Shown one piece after another: positions 47,417-56,029 of a stretch of 64,000 nt of DNA. The notes under the pieces were generated by a model that worked only from the letters and a program-made list of their open reading frames with translations, was not told where the DNA came from and did no database searches. Each line of letters starts with the position of its first letter. Position 1 is the first letter of the stretch. The translations under genes were made by a program, and so were the position numbers. Origin of the DNA: an uncultured bacterium (GTDB lineage Bacteria; UBA8481); NCBI GenBank assembly GCA_964499705.1, contig CAZCME010000002.1:124001-188000 (forward strand), given 5' to 3'.

Positions 47417-47516
47417 TTAACTCAAAGTCGCAAAGACCTCGAAGAAATACAGTAAGGCGACGTAAGAAATACACCAAATCTCGGTATTCTTTGAGTCCTT
47501 CGCGTCTTCGAGTTAA
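47417..47516. repeat. Imperfect 30-bp inverted repeat (REP-like stem-loop) with internal AAGAAATACA direct repeat
   Basis: TTAACTCAAAGTCGCAAAGACCTCGAAGAA versus TTCTTTGAGTCCTTCGCGTCTTCGAGTTAA. Confidence 0.65.
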
Positions 47517-47532
47517 TTCAGGAGACTGACAT

Positions 47533-49107
47533 TCAGGCTCGGTCGGGTTGATTCTCATCCCCCGCCGGCAGCGTCAGGCGAAATCTTGCGCCGCCCTCGC
47601 GCCTGTTCCCGGCTACGATCGTTCCTCCCAGATCCGTCGCGAGACGGTAGGATATCCAGAGCCCCAGGCCGGCGCCCTGGCCCTGGCCTGCGTCTTTCGT
47701 CGTGAAGAAAGGATCGAAGATGCGGGGGAGGACATCGAGCGATATGCCGGGTCCGTCGTCTTCCACCGTGAATTCATGCTGTTTCCCTTCGCGGCCGGAA
47801 CTCACCTCGACCGTAATCTGTCTCGCTCCGGCTTCGGCTGCATTTCGGATGAGGTTGGAGAGGATCTGCTGGAGGTCGCCCGCGCAGGTATGGAGCGAGG
47901 TCAGATCGGGCGCGAACCGGGGTGTCACGCGGCAGGTGGCGAAACGGGGTTGGGGCTCCAGGAGTGAAATGACCGAGAGCACAACCTTCCGGGGATCGAC
48001 ACGTTCTTTGCTTCCGCCCGGCCGGGAGAATGCGAGGAAGTTCCGGACGATCTGACCGCATCGTTCCGCTTCCTCGATGATCCGTTTCAGCTTCGTCGCT
48101 TCGGGCGTATCGGCCGCGGCTTCGCGCAGAAGCAGATGAGCGAACGTGATGATCCCGGTGATCGGATTATTCACCTCGTGCGCAATGCCGGCCGCGAGCG
48201 CTCCCACCGCGGAAAGTTTTTCACGCCGCAGGATCTGTTCCTCCGCGTCGCGGAGCTTGATCGTGCCGTCCGTGATCCGCGCCAGCATCAGGCGGTGCGC
48301 GTCCCGCAGCCGCGCATGCATGACGTTGAACGCGCCCGAAAGCGACCGGATCTCCGCGGCTCCTCCGACCGGCAACTCGCGCGCCTGCTCCGGCCCCTTT
48401 TCCGCAAGTGCCCTGCAGGCCGCCGCGAGCCGCTTGACAGGCCGGCTCACGAGCAGATGTCCTCCGAGCCCGAAGACGATCGCGAGGAGCGGCGACCAGA
48501 GGGCGAGGGCGATCGCGAGCGTGCGGCGGGCGGTCGTCATGCGGTCATCGATGTCCGCTATGGAGACCTGGATGTCGATGACGCCAAGCACCTTTCGCGA
48601 CGCGGGATGGGCATGACAGGATGCGTCGCTGCAGGAAGGCTCGTTGTAGATGGGCGTGATGAAGCCGATGTTCCGGTGTTCCGTGCCGGGAGCCTCGAAA
48701 ACCCTGATGCGCCGCGGCCGTCGCGGCGCGACAAGAGGTTCGCCCGCGGCATGGCATGTGACGCAGGCTTCCGCTTCCAGGTCGAGGCGCGAACCCGCCT
48801 CGCCCTCTCGCGAAGAGAAGACGATCTCCCCGGCCTTGTTGATGATCCGGACCGCTTCCACGCCGGTTTCGGACCCGGCCGCTCGGATGATTTCCGCGAG
48901 ATCCTCTCGGCGGTTCCGGAGCATGGCGTAGCGGGCCGCGCCTCTCAGCGCATGCGAAAACCGTTCGGCGCCATGTTCGGCTTCATACATCGTGCTCTCT
49001 TCCAGGATCTGAAAAATGAGCGCGCCCGCTCCGGCCGCCGTTAGGAGGATCGAGAAGCCGATCAGGAGAGCGAGGCGCCACGCGAGAGGGAAGGGTTGAG
49101 GCGTCAC
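47533..49107 (-). CDS. NtrB-type sensor histidine kinase with heme-motif periplasmic domain and HAMP
   Basis: CVTCH and CSDASCH in sensor domain; AHEVNNP, NLIRNA, DDGPG, FDPFFTTK, GLGL; GTG start overlaps upstream stop. Confidence 0.92.
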   Translation of the reverse strand: MTPQPFPLAWRLALLIGFSILLTAAGAGALIFQILEESTMYEAEHGAERFSHALRGAARYAMLRNRREDLAEIIRAAGSETGVEAVRIINKAGEIVFSSREGEAGSRLDLEAEACVTCHAAGEPLVAPRRPRRIRVFEAPGTEHRNIGFITPIYNEPSCSDASCHAHPASRKVLGVIDIQVSIADIDDRMTTARRTLAIALALWSPLLAIVFGLGGHLLVSRPVKRLAAACRALAEKGPEQARELPVGGAAEIRSLSGAFNVMHARLRDAHRLMLARITDGTIKLRDAEEQILRREKLSAVGALAAGIAHEVNNPITGIITFAHLLLREAAADTPEATKLKRIIEEAERCGQIVRNFLAFSRPGGSKERVDPRKVVLSVISLLEPQPRFATCRVTPRFAPDLTSLHTCAGDLQQILSNLIRNAAEAGARQITVEVSSGREGKQHEFTVEDDGPGISLDVLPRIFDPFFTTKDAGQGQGAGLGLWISYRLATDLGGTIVAGNRREGGARFRLTLPAGDENQPDRA

Positions 49108-49625
49108 GTGGCCGTCCTCCGAAAAGCGGATCGACAGGACGAGCAGAAATCGGCGCGTTTCAAATCCACTTCCCCGACGTCGAAGCACGCCTGCATGACG
49201 CACTCCGGATGATGACAGTGCACGAGTCCGAACGCATGTCCGAGCTCATGCACCGCTTCTTTCAACAGTCGCTCCGAGAGAAGCGTCCGATCGTCCGCTT
49301 CGCCGTATCGTGTCGCATCGAGCCGATACCCGGAGACGACGGAGCGGCCTCCGCGCAGGACTCCGAGACCGAAGACATGGGTGAAGAGGGGGACGAAGAT
49401 ATCGAGCGTGGTGACACCGATGACGGCACCTCCGCCCGGAGGTTCGGGAAGCATATCAAGCAATGTGCGCGCGCTGTATTGTCCGCGTGAGGCGTCATAG
49501 GCGTCCGAAGGGTCGAAGGCCGGAGTTCGGACGGATACTTCCGCGCGAAACCGTTCGGAGATCGACCGCCCCACAATCGCAAGATCGATCGACCCCGCGA
49601 CAAAGGGCACCATGAGGATCAGCAT
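49104..49625 (-). CDS. Archaemetzincin-family Zn metalloprotease (peptidase M54)
   Basis: RGQY, KEAVHELGHAFGLVHC..CVM..FCSSC. Confidence 0.88.
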   Translation of the reverse strand: MLILMVPFVAGSIDLAIVGRSISERFRAEVSVRTPAFDPSDAYDASRGQYSARTLLDMLPEPPGGGAVIGVTTLDIFVPLFTHVFGLGVLRGGRSVVSGYRLDATRYGEADDRTLLSERLLKEAVHELGHAFGLVHCHHPECVMQACFDVGEVDLKRADFCSSCRSAFRRTAT

Positions 49626-49639
49626 GACGAGCCCCCCGC

Positions 49640-51034
49640 TCAGCCTTTCTCCCTTGTATCCTCGAACAGAGAGATCCGGGTCACGGAGAGACCATACTTG
49701 CGGATCTTTCGATATAAGGTCGCGCGATCGATGCCGAGCTGCTTCGCCGCCTGCGAAATGTTGCCTTTTGTCATCGCCAGGATTCGTTCGATATGGGCCT
49801 TCTCGACCTCTTCGAGGTTTCCCGGTGATGTCGAGATGGATTTTTCTCGAACCGGATTCGCGCCACGCTCATCGCCTTCGAGCCGCAGATCGTTCACGTC
49901 GACAACGGAACCGACGGCCAGGAGAACGGCGCGGTCGATGACGTTGCGGAGCTCGCGGACGTTGCCGGGCCAGGAGTGAGCGCGCAGCCGGTTCAGAGCG
50001 TCCGGCGTAAGGCTCATCACGGATCGCTTCTCCGCGAGCGCCGCGGCCGCGAGGAATTTCTTCGCCAGCGGAGCGATCTCCTCCGGGCGGTTGCGCAGGG
50101 GAGGAATCCGGATCGGCACTACGTTCAGGCGGTAATACAGGTCCTCGCGGAATCGTCCCGCGCGCACTTCCTGTTGGAGGTCGCGGTGCGTCGCCACGAC
50201 GACGCGAAAATCGATGTTCAACGATCGTTCCCCGCCGAGGCGCGTGATCTCGTGCGTCTCGATGACCCGCAGGAGCGCGATCTGCATCGGAGGTGGAATC
50301 TCGCCGATCTCGTCCAGGAAGAGAGTGCCTCCGGCGGCCAACTCGATGCGCCCCTTGCGCCTGAACTGCGCGCCTGTGAACGCGCCCTTCTCGTGCCCGA
50401 ATAGTTCGGACTCCAGGAGCGTGTCGGAAATCGCGCCGCAGTTGACGGGCACGAAGGGGAAGAAGCGGCGGCGACCCAGGTTGTGGATCGTGCGCGCCAG
50501 GAGTTCCTTGCCGGTCCCGGATTCGCCCAGGAGGATGACGGGCGCGTCCGAGTCGGCGATCGTCTCGACGAACTTCACGATCTCCTTCATCGCGCGGCTT
50601 TCCGCGACGATGCTGCTTCCGTTCTCGACAGGTTCGGTGATGAGGAGCTTGTCGTTGACGGCCTGGCGGATGAGCGCCGTGAACTCGTCCGGCTGGAAGG
50701 GCTTGACGATGTAATCGTACGCGCCTTCCTTCATCGCGCGGACCGCGGTATCGACGGACGCATAGGCGGTCATGAAGATGACCGTGAGATCCTTCGCGAT
50801 CCTGCGGATCCTCCGGTGCAGTTCGAGCCCGTCCATTCCGGGCAGGCGGATATCGAGAAGCGCCACGTCGAAGCGTGCCGCCGTGGCGGTGCCGGCTTGA
50901 ATCGACGTTCCCAGCTTGCGTAGAGCTTCCTCCGCATCGCCCGCGGTTTCCGCATCCCATCCCTCCTTGCTGAACCACTCCGCGAGCCCCTCGCGGACGC
51001 TGGCCTCGTCATCGACTATGAGGACGCGGATCAT
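49640..51034 (-). CDS. Sigma54-dependent response regulator (NtrC/AtoC family)
   Basis: REC (VDDE, LDIRLPGMDG), GESGTGKE, GAFTGA, WPGNVREL, Fis HTH. Confidence 0.95.
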   Translation of the reverse strand: MIRVLIVDDEASVREGLAEWFSKEGWDAETAGDAEEALRKLGTSIQAGTATAARFDVALLDIRLPGMDGLELHRRIRRIAKDLTVIFMTAYASVDTAVRAMKEGAYDYIVKPFQPDEFTALIRQAVNDKLLITEPVENGSSIVAESRAMKEIVKFVETIADSDAPVILLGESGTGKELLARTIHNLGRRRFFPFVPVNCGAISDTLLESELFGHEKGAFTGAQFRRKGRIELAAGGTLFLDEIGEIPPPMQIALLRVIETHEITRLGGERSLNIDFRVVVATHRDLQQEVRAGRFREDLYYRLNVVPIRIPPLRNRPEEIAPLAKKFLAAAALAEKRSVMSLTPDALNRLRAHSWPGNVRELRNVIDRAVLLAVGSVVDVNDLRLEGDERGANPVREKSISTSPGNLEEVEKAHIERILAMTKGNISQAAKQLGIDRATLYRKIRKYGLSVTRISLFEDTREKG

Positions 51035-53214
51035 GGCTCCGGTTCATCCTTCTTCGCCTCGTTCGGCGTTTCGGCCGGATCGTCAGATTCCGTGCGTGAG
51101 GCGAGATCACTGCCGGGTGCGGCGCGGCCGGTGAAGATCGAGGGGTTCAAGGGAAATACATCGGGATCGACAAGGACGAAGAACATGTGCCAGATGAGAA
51201 TCGCTCCGGCGGCCAGGAGCGCTTCATAGAAGTGGATGGCTTCGCTCACGTTCACCGCAAGGCGCGGGAGAAATTCCGGAAACCAGAGCACCAATCCCGT
51301 CACGGCCATCACGATCGTGCCCCAGACGAGCGCCCAGTATTCGAGCTTCTCGAAGTACGAGAAATGGCCGAAGTGAGGATGTTGCGGGCGGCGTCCGACC
51401 GCATGCAGCCCATGATCGAGTGCGGATTTCGGATCCGATGTCCTTGGCCGCATCCGGTCCAGGAACTTTCGTCCGCGCTTCGAAAGGGCGATCCAGAGAA
51501 TGTGTCCGATCGCCGCGACCATCAGAGTGACGCCCGCGATGCGATGCGCGATTCCCCTGATCTCTTCGGTCAGTCCCAGCCACGCCAGGCCGCCGACCCA
51601 GGAAGCATCGGGGAAGGCGAGCGCGAAGCCGGTGACGACAAGCGCGACGAAGGAGAGGCCGAGGACGAGATGCTGGATCGATTCGATCCGCGTGAACCGG
51701 AGTGGGCCGGCTTCCAGGGACGATGAGATTCGAAGACGGATCGATGGGAACATCAGGATCGTGATCCAGGCGATCATGCCTCCGAGCGTGCCGCTGATGA
51801 TGAGGCGATAGGCGATCCGGACGAGGTTGGTGAGCCAGTGGTCGGGATACGACGTGTGAACCGGACCCGTCGCGAAGCGATCCGTCGCGTCGCTGTGGCA
51901 GCGGCCGCAGGTGTTGCGGCGGTTGGAGGCATGGATCGTGGAGGTCGTGTCGGATTCCGCGTTGATCCTGTGCACTCCGTGGCAGTCGGTGCAGACCGCC
52001 GCAGTCGTCGAACGGCCGCGCGTGGCCAGGCCGTGGTAGGAATCGAGATAGGTCTTGCCGACCTTGCCGGGCAGATCGTATTTCACGCCGAGCACAAGAC
52101 GTTCGTGACATCCCAGGCAGAGCGTCTGCGCGACCGCGAGGCGATAGGTCGTGGAACGGGGATCGGTCGCGGAGAGGATCGAATGTTCGCCGTGGCAATC
52201 GGAACAGGCCGGCGCTTCGTGCGCTCCGCGGGCCGCCGCGCGGCCGTGAGCCGACGCGTTGTATTCGGCGGCCTCCTGCTGGTGGCATCGCCCGCACGTC
52301 GCCGACTGCCTCTGGAAATTCGAAGCGGACGCGGCGTCCTTGCGGGGGAGAATGCGATGCGCGCCGTGGCAGTCGACGCAGGTCGCGGCCACAGCCAGTC
52401 CTCGCTCCGGTACCGCCCGAGCGTGGACCGACGCGGCGTATGAATCGGCGTGAATGCTCATCGTCATTCCGCGCGCCGCCAAAAACTGCGCGTCGGCATG
52501 GCAGGAGAGGCACGCCGCGGCGACGCGCACGGGATGAACCTGCGATGCCGGGTCGTCCGGTCCGCGGATGTCATGGGTGCCGTGGCAGGTCACGCATGTG
52601 GGCGCGCCCGTATCGCCTTCCCCTCGCATCGTTCCGTGAACGGCGACGTTGAAGGCGCCGGCTTCATCCACGTGGCATCGTCCGCATGCCACCTTCGCGA
52701 GCGGTGCGTCGCCTGCTGACTTCGATCCGTGCGGACGCGCGGCGCTCGTATGGCAATCCACGCAGGACCGTCCGTCATGCGCGGTGCCCGGCGGAATGGG
52801 ATGAGGTTCGACAGCCTTCTTCCCATCATGGCATTTCCGGCACGACGCGTCCGTGACGCCGCGCGGCGCCGGCGGAGGGGAGACCACGCGCATCGCCACG
52901 CCGTCCGGCACGAGCCGCGCTCCTAGGAAGAGCTGCGAGTGGAACCGTTCCGGCGGGAGCCGTCCGTCGTTATGGCAGTTTCCGCAGCGCACCGCCGTCG
53001 GTCTTCCGATGTGCGGTACCGTCTCCGCGTCGAGATGGCACGACACGCAGGAAAGCGAACCGTGCATGGACCGGGAGAAGAGAGCGGGATCGATATAGAT
53101 CGTCGCATCCGAACCGTTCTTCAAGGCTCCGATCGAATGGCACGTCACGCATGACGTGTTGGTCGCGCCGCCCGATAAAACGAGAGTGACGAGAAGCGCC
53201 GACAGGACGCTCAC
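51031..53214 (-). CDS. Multiheme cytochrome c (14 CxxCH) fused to FdnI-like cytochrome b
   Basis: 14 CxxCH counted; C-terminal RF..IQH, AHRIAG, EKLEYWALVWG, IHFYEA..WH. Confidence 0.9.
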   Translation of the reverse strand: MSVLSALLVTLVLSGGATNTSCVTCHSIGALKNGSDATIYIDPALFSRSMHGSLSCVSCHLDAETVPHIGRPTAVRCGNCHNDGRLPPERFHSQLFLGARLVPDGVAMRVVSPPPAPRGVTDASCRKCHDGKKAVEPHPIPPGTAHDGRSCVDCHTSAARPHGSKSAGDAPLAKVACGRCHVDEAGAFNVAVHGTMRGEGDTGAPTCVTCHGTHDIRGPDDPASQVHPVRVAAACLSCHADAQFLAARGMTMSIHADSYAASVHARAVPERGLAVAATCVDCHGAHRILPRKDAASASNFQRQSATCGRCHQQEAAEYNASAHGRAAARGAHEAPACSDCHGEHSILSATDPRSTTYRLAVAQTLCLGCHERLVLGVKYDLPGKVGKTYLDSYHGLATRGRSTTAAVCTDCHGVHRINAESDTTSTIHASNRRNTCGRCHSDATDRFATGPVHTSYPDHWLTNLVRIAYRLIISGTLGGMIAWITILMFPSIRLRISSSLEAGPLRFTRIESIQHLVLGLSFVALVVTGFALAFPDASWVGGLAWLGLTEEIRGIAHRIAGVTLMVAAIGHILWIALSKRGRKFLDRMRPRTSDPKSALDHGLHAVGRRPQHPHFGHFSYFEKLEYWALVWGTIVMAVTGLVLWFPEFLPRLAVNVSEAIHFYEALLAAGAILIWHMFFVLVDPDVFPLNPSIFTGRAAPGSDLASRTESDDPAETPNEAKKDEPEP

Positions 53215-53215
53215 T

Positions 53216-54508
53216 TCAATCTACCTGGCAGACGACTTCGGTTGCGCCGGATGATTGGTATGCAGGATGAGAATTGCCGAGATGATCGATGGTGAAATGC
53301 TCGAAGAGGATTGCGATCGCGACCTTGACCATCAGCGTGAAGAGGAGAAAACCGATGGCGAAAATTCCCGTGGAAACCCGCAGCTCCGTGATGCTGGGGA
53401 TGTACTCATACACCTCTCCGAGCGTCGTCGGCGTGTATCCGGGGATGATCAGGGCGATGCCCTTCTCGATGTACACGGAAATATAGATCATGACGCAGCC
53501 GATGTTCATCGTGATCGGATTGCGCCTTGTTTTCGGGATCAGGAAGAGGAGGAACGAGACGAACCCGAAGACGACGGAGAGCCATCCCCAGAACGCGATC
53601 GGGCTGGGATGGCCGTGGAGCCCGTAGAAGAGGTATTCGATGAAGACGAGGTGCTCCGTGTTGGAGTAATACTCCTTGAAGACCTCCGCGCCCAGGAGAA
53701 AAAGGTTGATGAACATCGCGTAAGCCATCAGTTCCGCGATCTTGTGGATCGCCTCGTCCATGATCTTGAAGTTCGTGGTTTTCCGGAGAATCTGCATGAG
53801 GATGAGGAGAATGGCGGGGCCCGAGCAGAATGCCGAGGCGAGGAACCGCGGAGCGAGGATCGCGGAGTTCCAGTAGGGGCGCGCCGCCATGCCGTTGTAC
53901 AGGAATGCCGTCACCGTATGGATGCTGACCGCGGCGGGGATGGAAAAGAGCACGAGCGGATGAACGATCGCGTGGTTGTAATCCTTCTTGTGGAAGGCGC
54001 AATGCAGGATATGAGTCGCCACGACGAAATTCACGCCGAGGTAGACGTTGAGGACCAGGCTGTCCCACGCCAGGAGCGACGACGGGAAGTTCATCCGGCC
54101 GATGCCGGGCATGATGTGCCAGAACCGGTCGGGCCGGCCCATGTCCACGAGGACGAAGAAGAGGCACATCACGATCGAGGCGATCGCCAGGAGCTCGCCG
54201 AAGACGACGATCTCCTTGATCGGCTTCCAGTTGTAGATGTAGGCGGGAATGACCAGCATGATCGCGGCGGCGGCGACGCCGACGAGGAACGTGAAGTTGC
54301 CGATGTAGAAAGCCCACGAGACCTGGTCTCTCATGTGCGTCAGGATGAGCCCGACCTCCGCCTGGTGAAGATAGGCGAAGAGTCCCTGCGCAATGAGGAT
54401 CACGAGGAACGCGACCCATCCGAAATAGACCGCGCTGCCGTGCGCGCAGATGCGCACACTTCCGATGACGAAGCGGACGAAGTTCCGGAGCGTGTTCTTA
54501 TTTACCAT
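53216..54508 (-). CDS. NrfD/DsrP-family polysulfide reductase-type membrane subunit
   Basis: VSWAFYIGNFTFLVGVAAAA, VDMGRPDR, SIHTVTAFL, APRFLASAF. Confidence 0.9.
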   Translation of the reverse strand: MVNKNTLRNFVRFVIGSVRICAHGSAVYFGWVAFLVILIAQGLFAYLHQAEVGLILTHMRDQVSWAFYIGNFTFLVGVAAAAIMLVIPAYIYNWKPIKEIVVFGELLAIASIVMCLFFVLVDMGRPDRFWHIMPGIGRMNFPSSLLAWDSLVLNVYLGVNFVVATHILHCAFHKKDYNHAIVHPLVLFSIPAAVSIHTVTAFLYNGMAARPYWNSAILAPRFLASAFCSGPAILLILMQILRKTTNFKIMDEAIHKIAELMAYAMFINLFLLGAEVFKEYYSNTEHLVFIEYLFYGLHGHPSPIAFWGWLSVVFGFVSFLLFLIPKTRRNPITMNIGCVMIYISVYIEKGIALIIPGYTPTTLGEVYEYIPSITELRVSTGIFAIGFLLFTLMVKVAIAILFEHFTIDHLGNSHPAYQSSGATEVVCQVD

Positions 54509-55406
54509 AGTAGTAGAAGAACTTGGGGCTAGTGTTCAGGTCCTTTTTGAAGATGAAGATTCTCTTGTTCTCCAGGATGTACCGGATCTCGCTCTCGGGA
54601 TCGTTCAGGTTCCCGAACTTGCGGGCGCCGACGGGACAGACCTCCACGCATTTCGGATAAAGCCCCTCGCGGACTCGTTGGATGCAGAATGTGCACTTCT
54701 CCACGACGCCCTTCATCCGCGGCCTGTTGCCGAGATAGTGCGTCTTCGGATTAAGGGCTTCCGACGGGACGGACGGTTCCGTCCAGTTGAAATGGCGCGC
54801 TCCGTAAGGGCAGGCCGTGATGCAGCAGCGGCACCCGATGCACCAGTTGTAATCGATGACGACGATCCCGTCCTTCTCCTTCCACGTTGCTTCCACGGGG
54901 CAGACCTTCACGCACGGCGGGTTCTCGCACTGCTGGCACGCGACGGGGAAGTAGAACTTCCCCGGCTGCGGAACGGTCTCCGGATTGTAGTAGGGCGTGG
55001 CGTGATGCACGTCGACGCCGTGCTCTTTCTCCATCTCCAGGACCGTGATCCACTGGATCTCCGGATCCCGCGACTGGTTGTTCTCCTCCACGCACCCATG
55101 CACGCACCGTCGGCAGCCGATGCAGAGCGAGATGTCCAGCGCGTAAGCGAATTGGACGCCGTCGATGGGAGGCGCCGCGCCCACCGTTACCGGCTTGTCG
55201 AATTTGTCCGAATAGGATTTCTCCATTCGCTCCAGGAGACTCTTCACTTCCTCCGGTGAAAGTTCCTTGAAGTGCGTCTGGAGAAACGCGGCGACGCTCT
55301 CCGCATCCGGCGCGCAGCTCGAGAGCGCGACCGCCGCCGTGGCTCCCGCCGCGCACTTCAGAAAATCCCGTCGCGGGATTTCCGCGGAATCCATATCGTC
55401 GCTCAT
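54498..55406 (-). CDS. Tat-exported 4Fe-4S dicluster protein (NrfC/DsrO-like)
   Basis: PRRDFLK Tat motif; CIGCRRC, CQQCENPPCVKVCP, CIGCRCC..CPY, EKCTFC. Confidence 0.92.
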   Translation of the reverse strand: MSDDMDSAEIPRRDFLKCAAGATAAVALSSCAPDAESVAAFLQTHFKELSPEEVKSLLERMEKSYSDKFDKPVTVGAAPPIDGVQFAYALDISLCIGCRRCVHGCVEENNQSRDPEIQWITVLEMEKEHGVDVHHATPYYNPETVPQPGKFYFPVACQQCENPPCVKVCPVEATWKEKDGIVVIDYNWCIGCRCCITACPYGARHFNWTEPSVPSEALNPKTHYLGNRPRMKGVVEKCTFCIQRVREGLYPKCVEVCPVGARKFGNLNDPESEIRYILENKRIFIFKKDLNTSPKFFYYYGK

Positions 55407-56029
55407 CGGCGCGCCCCCGATTCGCCCGGGACACCGGGCGCCGGCGCGGAGGGATTATGTGTGCCGCCCGGAGCCTTTGGCGGAGGCATGGGCGCAAGCG
55501 GCTTGAAGTGCGGCGAGTGCGGATTATGGCAGTTCGCGCAGAGCAAGTACCGCTTCTGCCCGTTCCAGGAGCCGGTCCTCTTGCCGTGTGCTCCGGCTTT
55601 CCAGTCCCGGAGCTTCGTCCCGTGGCACTGCCCGCACAGCTTGTACGATTCCGTGAACTCCACGAACTTCCCGCTCGCCAGGTGAAGCTTGTCCCGGTCC
55701 AATGCGCTGTGGCAGTCGAGGCACCAGCGATTCTCCTCGTCGTGCTTCAGCTCGATCTCCTCGTGCGCCCACCGCATCTTCCGCCGGGTCGGATTGGTCA
55801 GGAGCTTGGAATGGCAGCGCGAACAGGGATAGATGCCCGGCGTGAAGGGCGGAGGAGAGACCGCGATGTGGGAGGAGTCGGTGGAAGCGGCCGCGATGGG
55901 GGCGGTATCGGAGAATACAGCGGAAGATGAAAATATGACCGCGGCAAACACGAGAGTTCCCAGAGTCGCAGCGGATAAGCAATCTGAAATCTGAAATCTA
56001 AAAGCTAAAATCTTAAATATGATCATCAT
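55403..56029 (-). CDS. Small tetraheme cytochrome c
   Basis: CSRCH, CLDCH, CGQCH, CANCHNPH; ATG 56029 overlaps upstream stop. Confidence 0.85.
   Translation of the reverse strand: MMIIFKILAFRFQISDCLSAATLGTLVFAAVIFSSSAVFSDTAPIAAASTDSSHIAVSPPPFTPGIYPCSRCHSKLLTNPTRRKMRWAHEEIELKHDEENRWCLDCHSALDRDKLHLASGKFVEFTESYKLCGQCHGTKLRDWKAGAHGKRTGSWNGQKRYLLCANCHNPHSPHFKPLAPMPPPKAPGGTHNPSAPAPGVPGESGARR
55981..56018. repeat. AT-rich heptamer tandem repeat (about 5 units)
   Basis: AATCTGA AATCTGA AATCTAA AAGCTAA AATCTTA AAT. Confidence 0.75.

Noticed and set aside
53216-55406. dsrOP / dissimilatory sulfate reduction
   Set aside because: Family resemblance only; no dsrMKJ or dsrAB in the window
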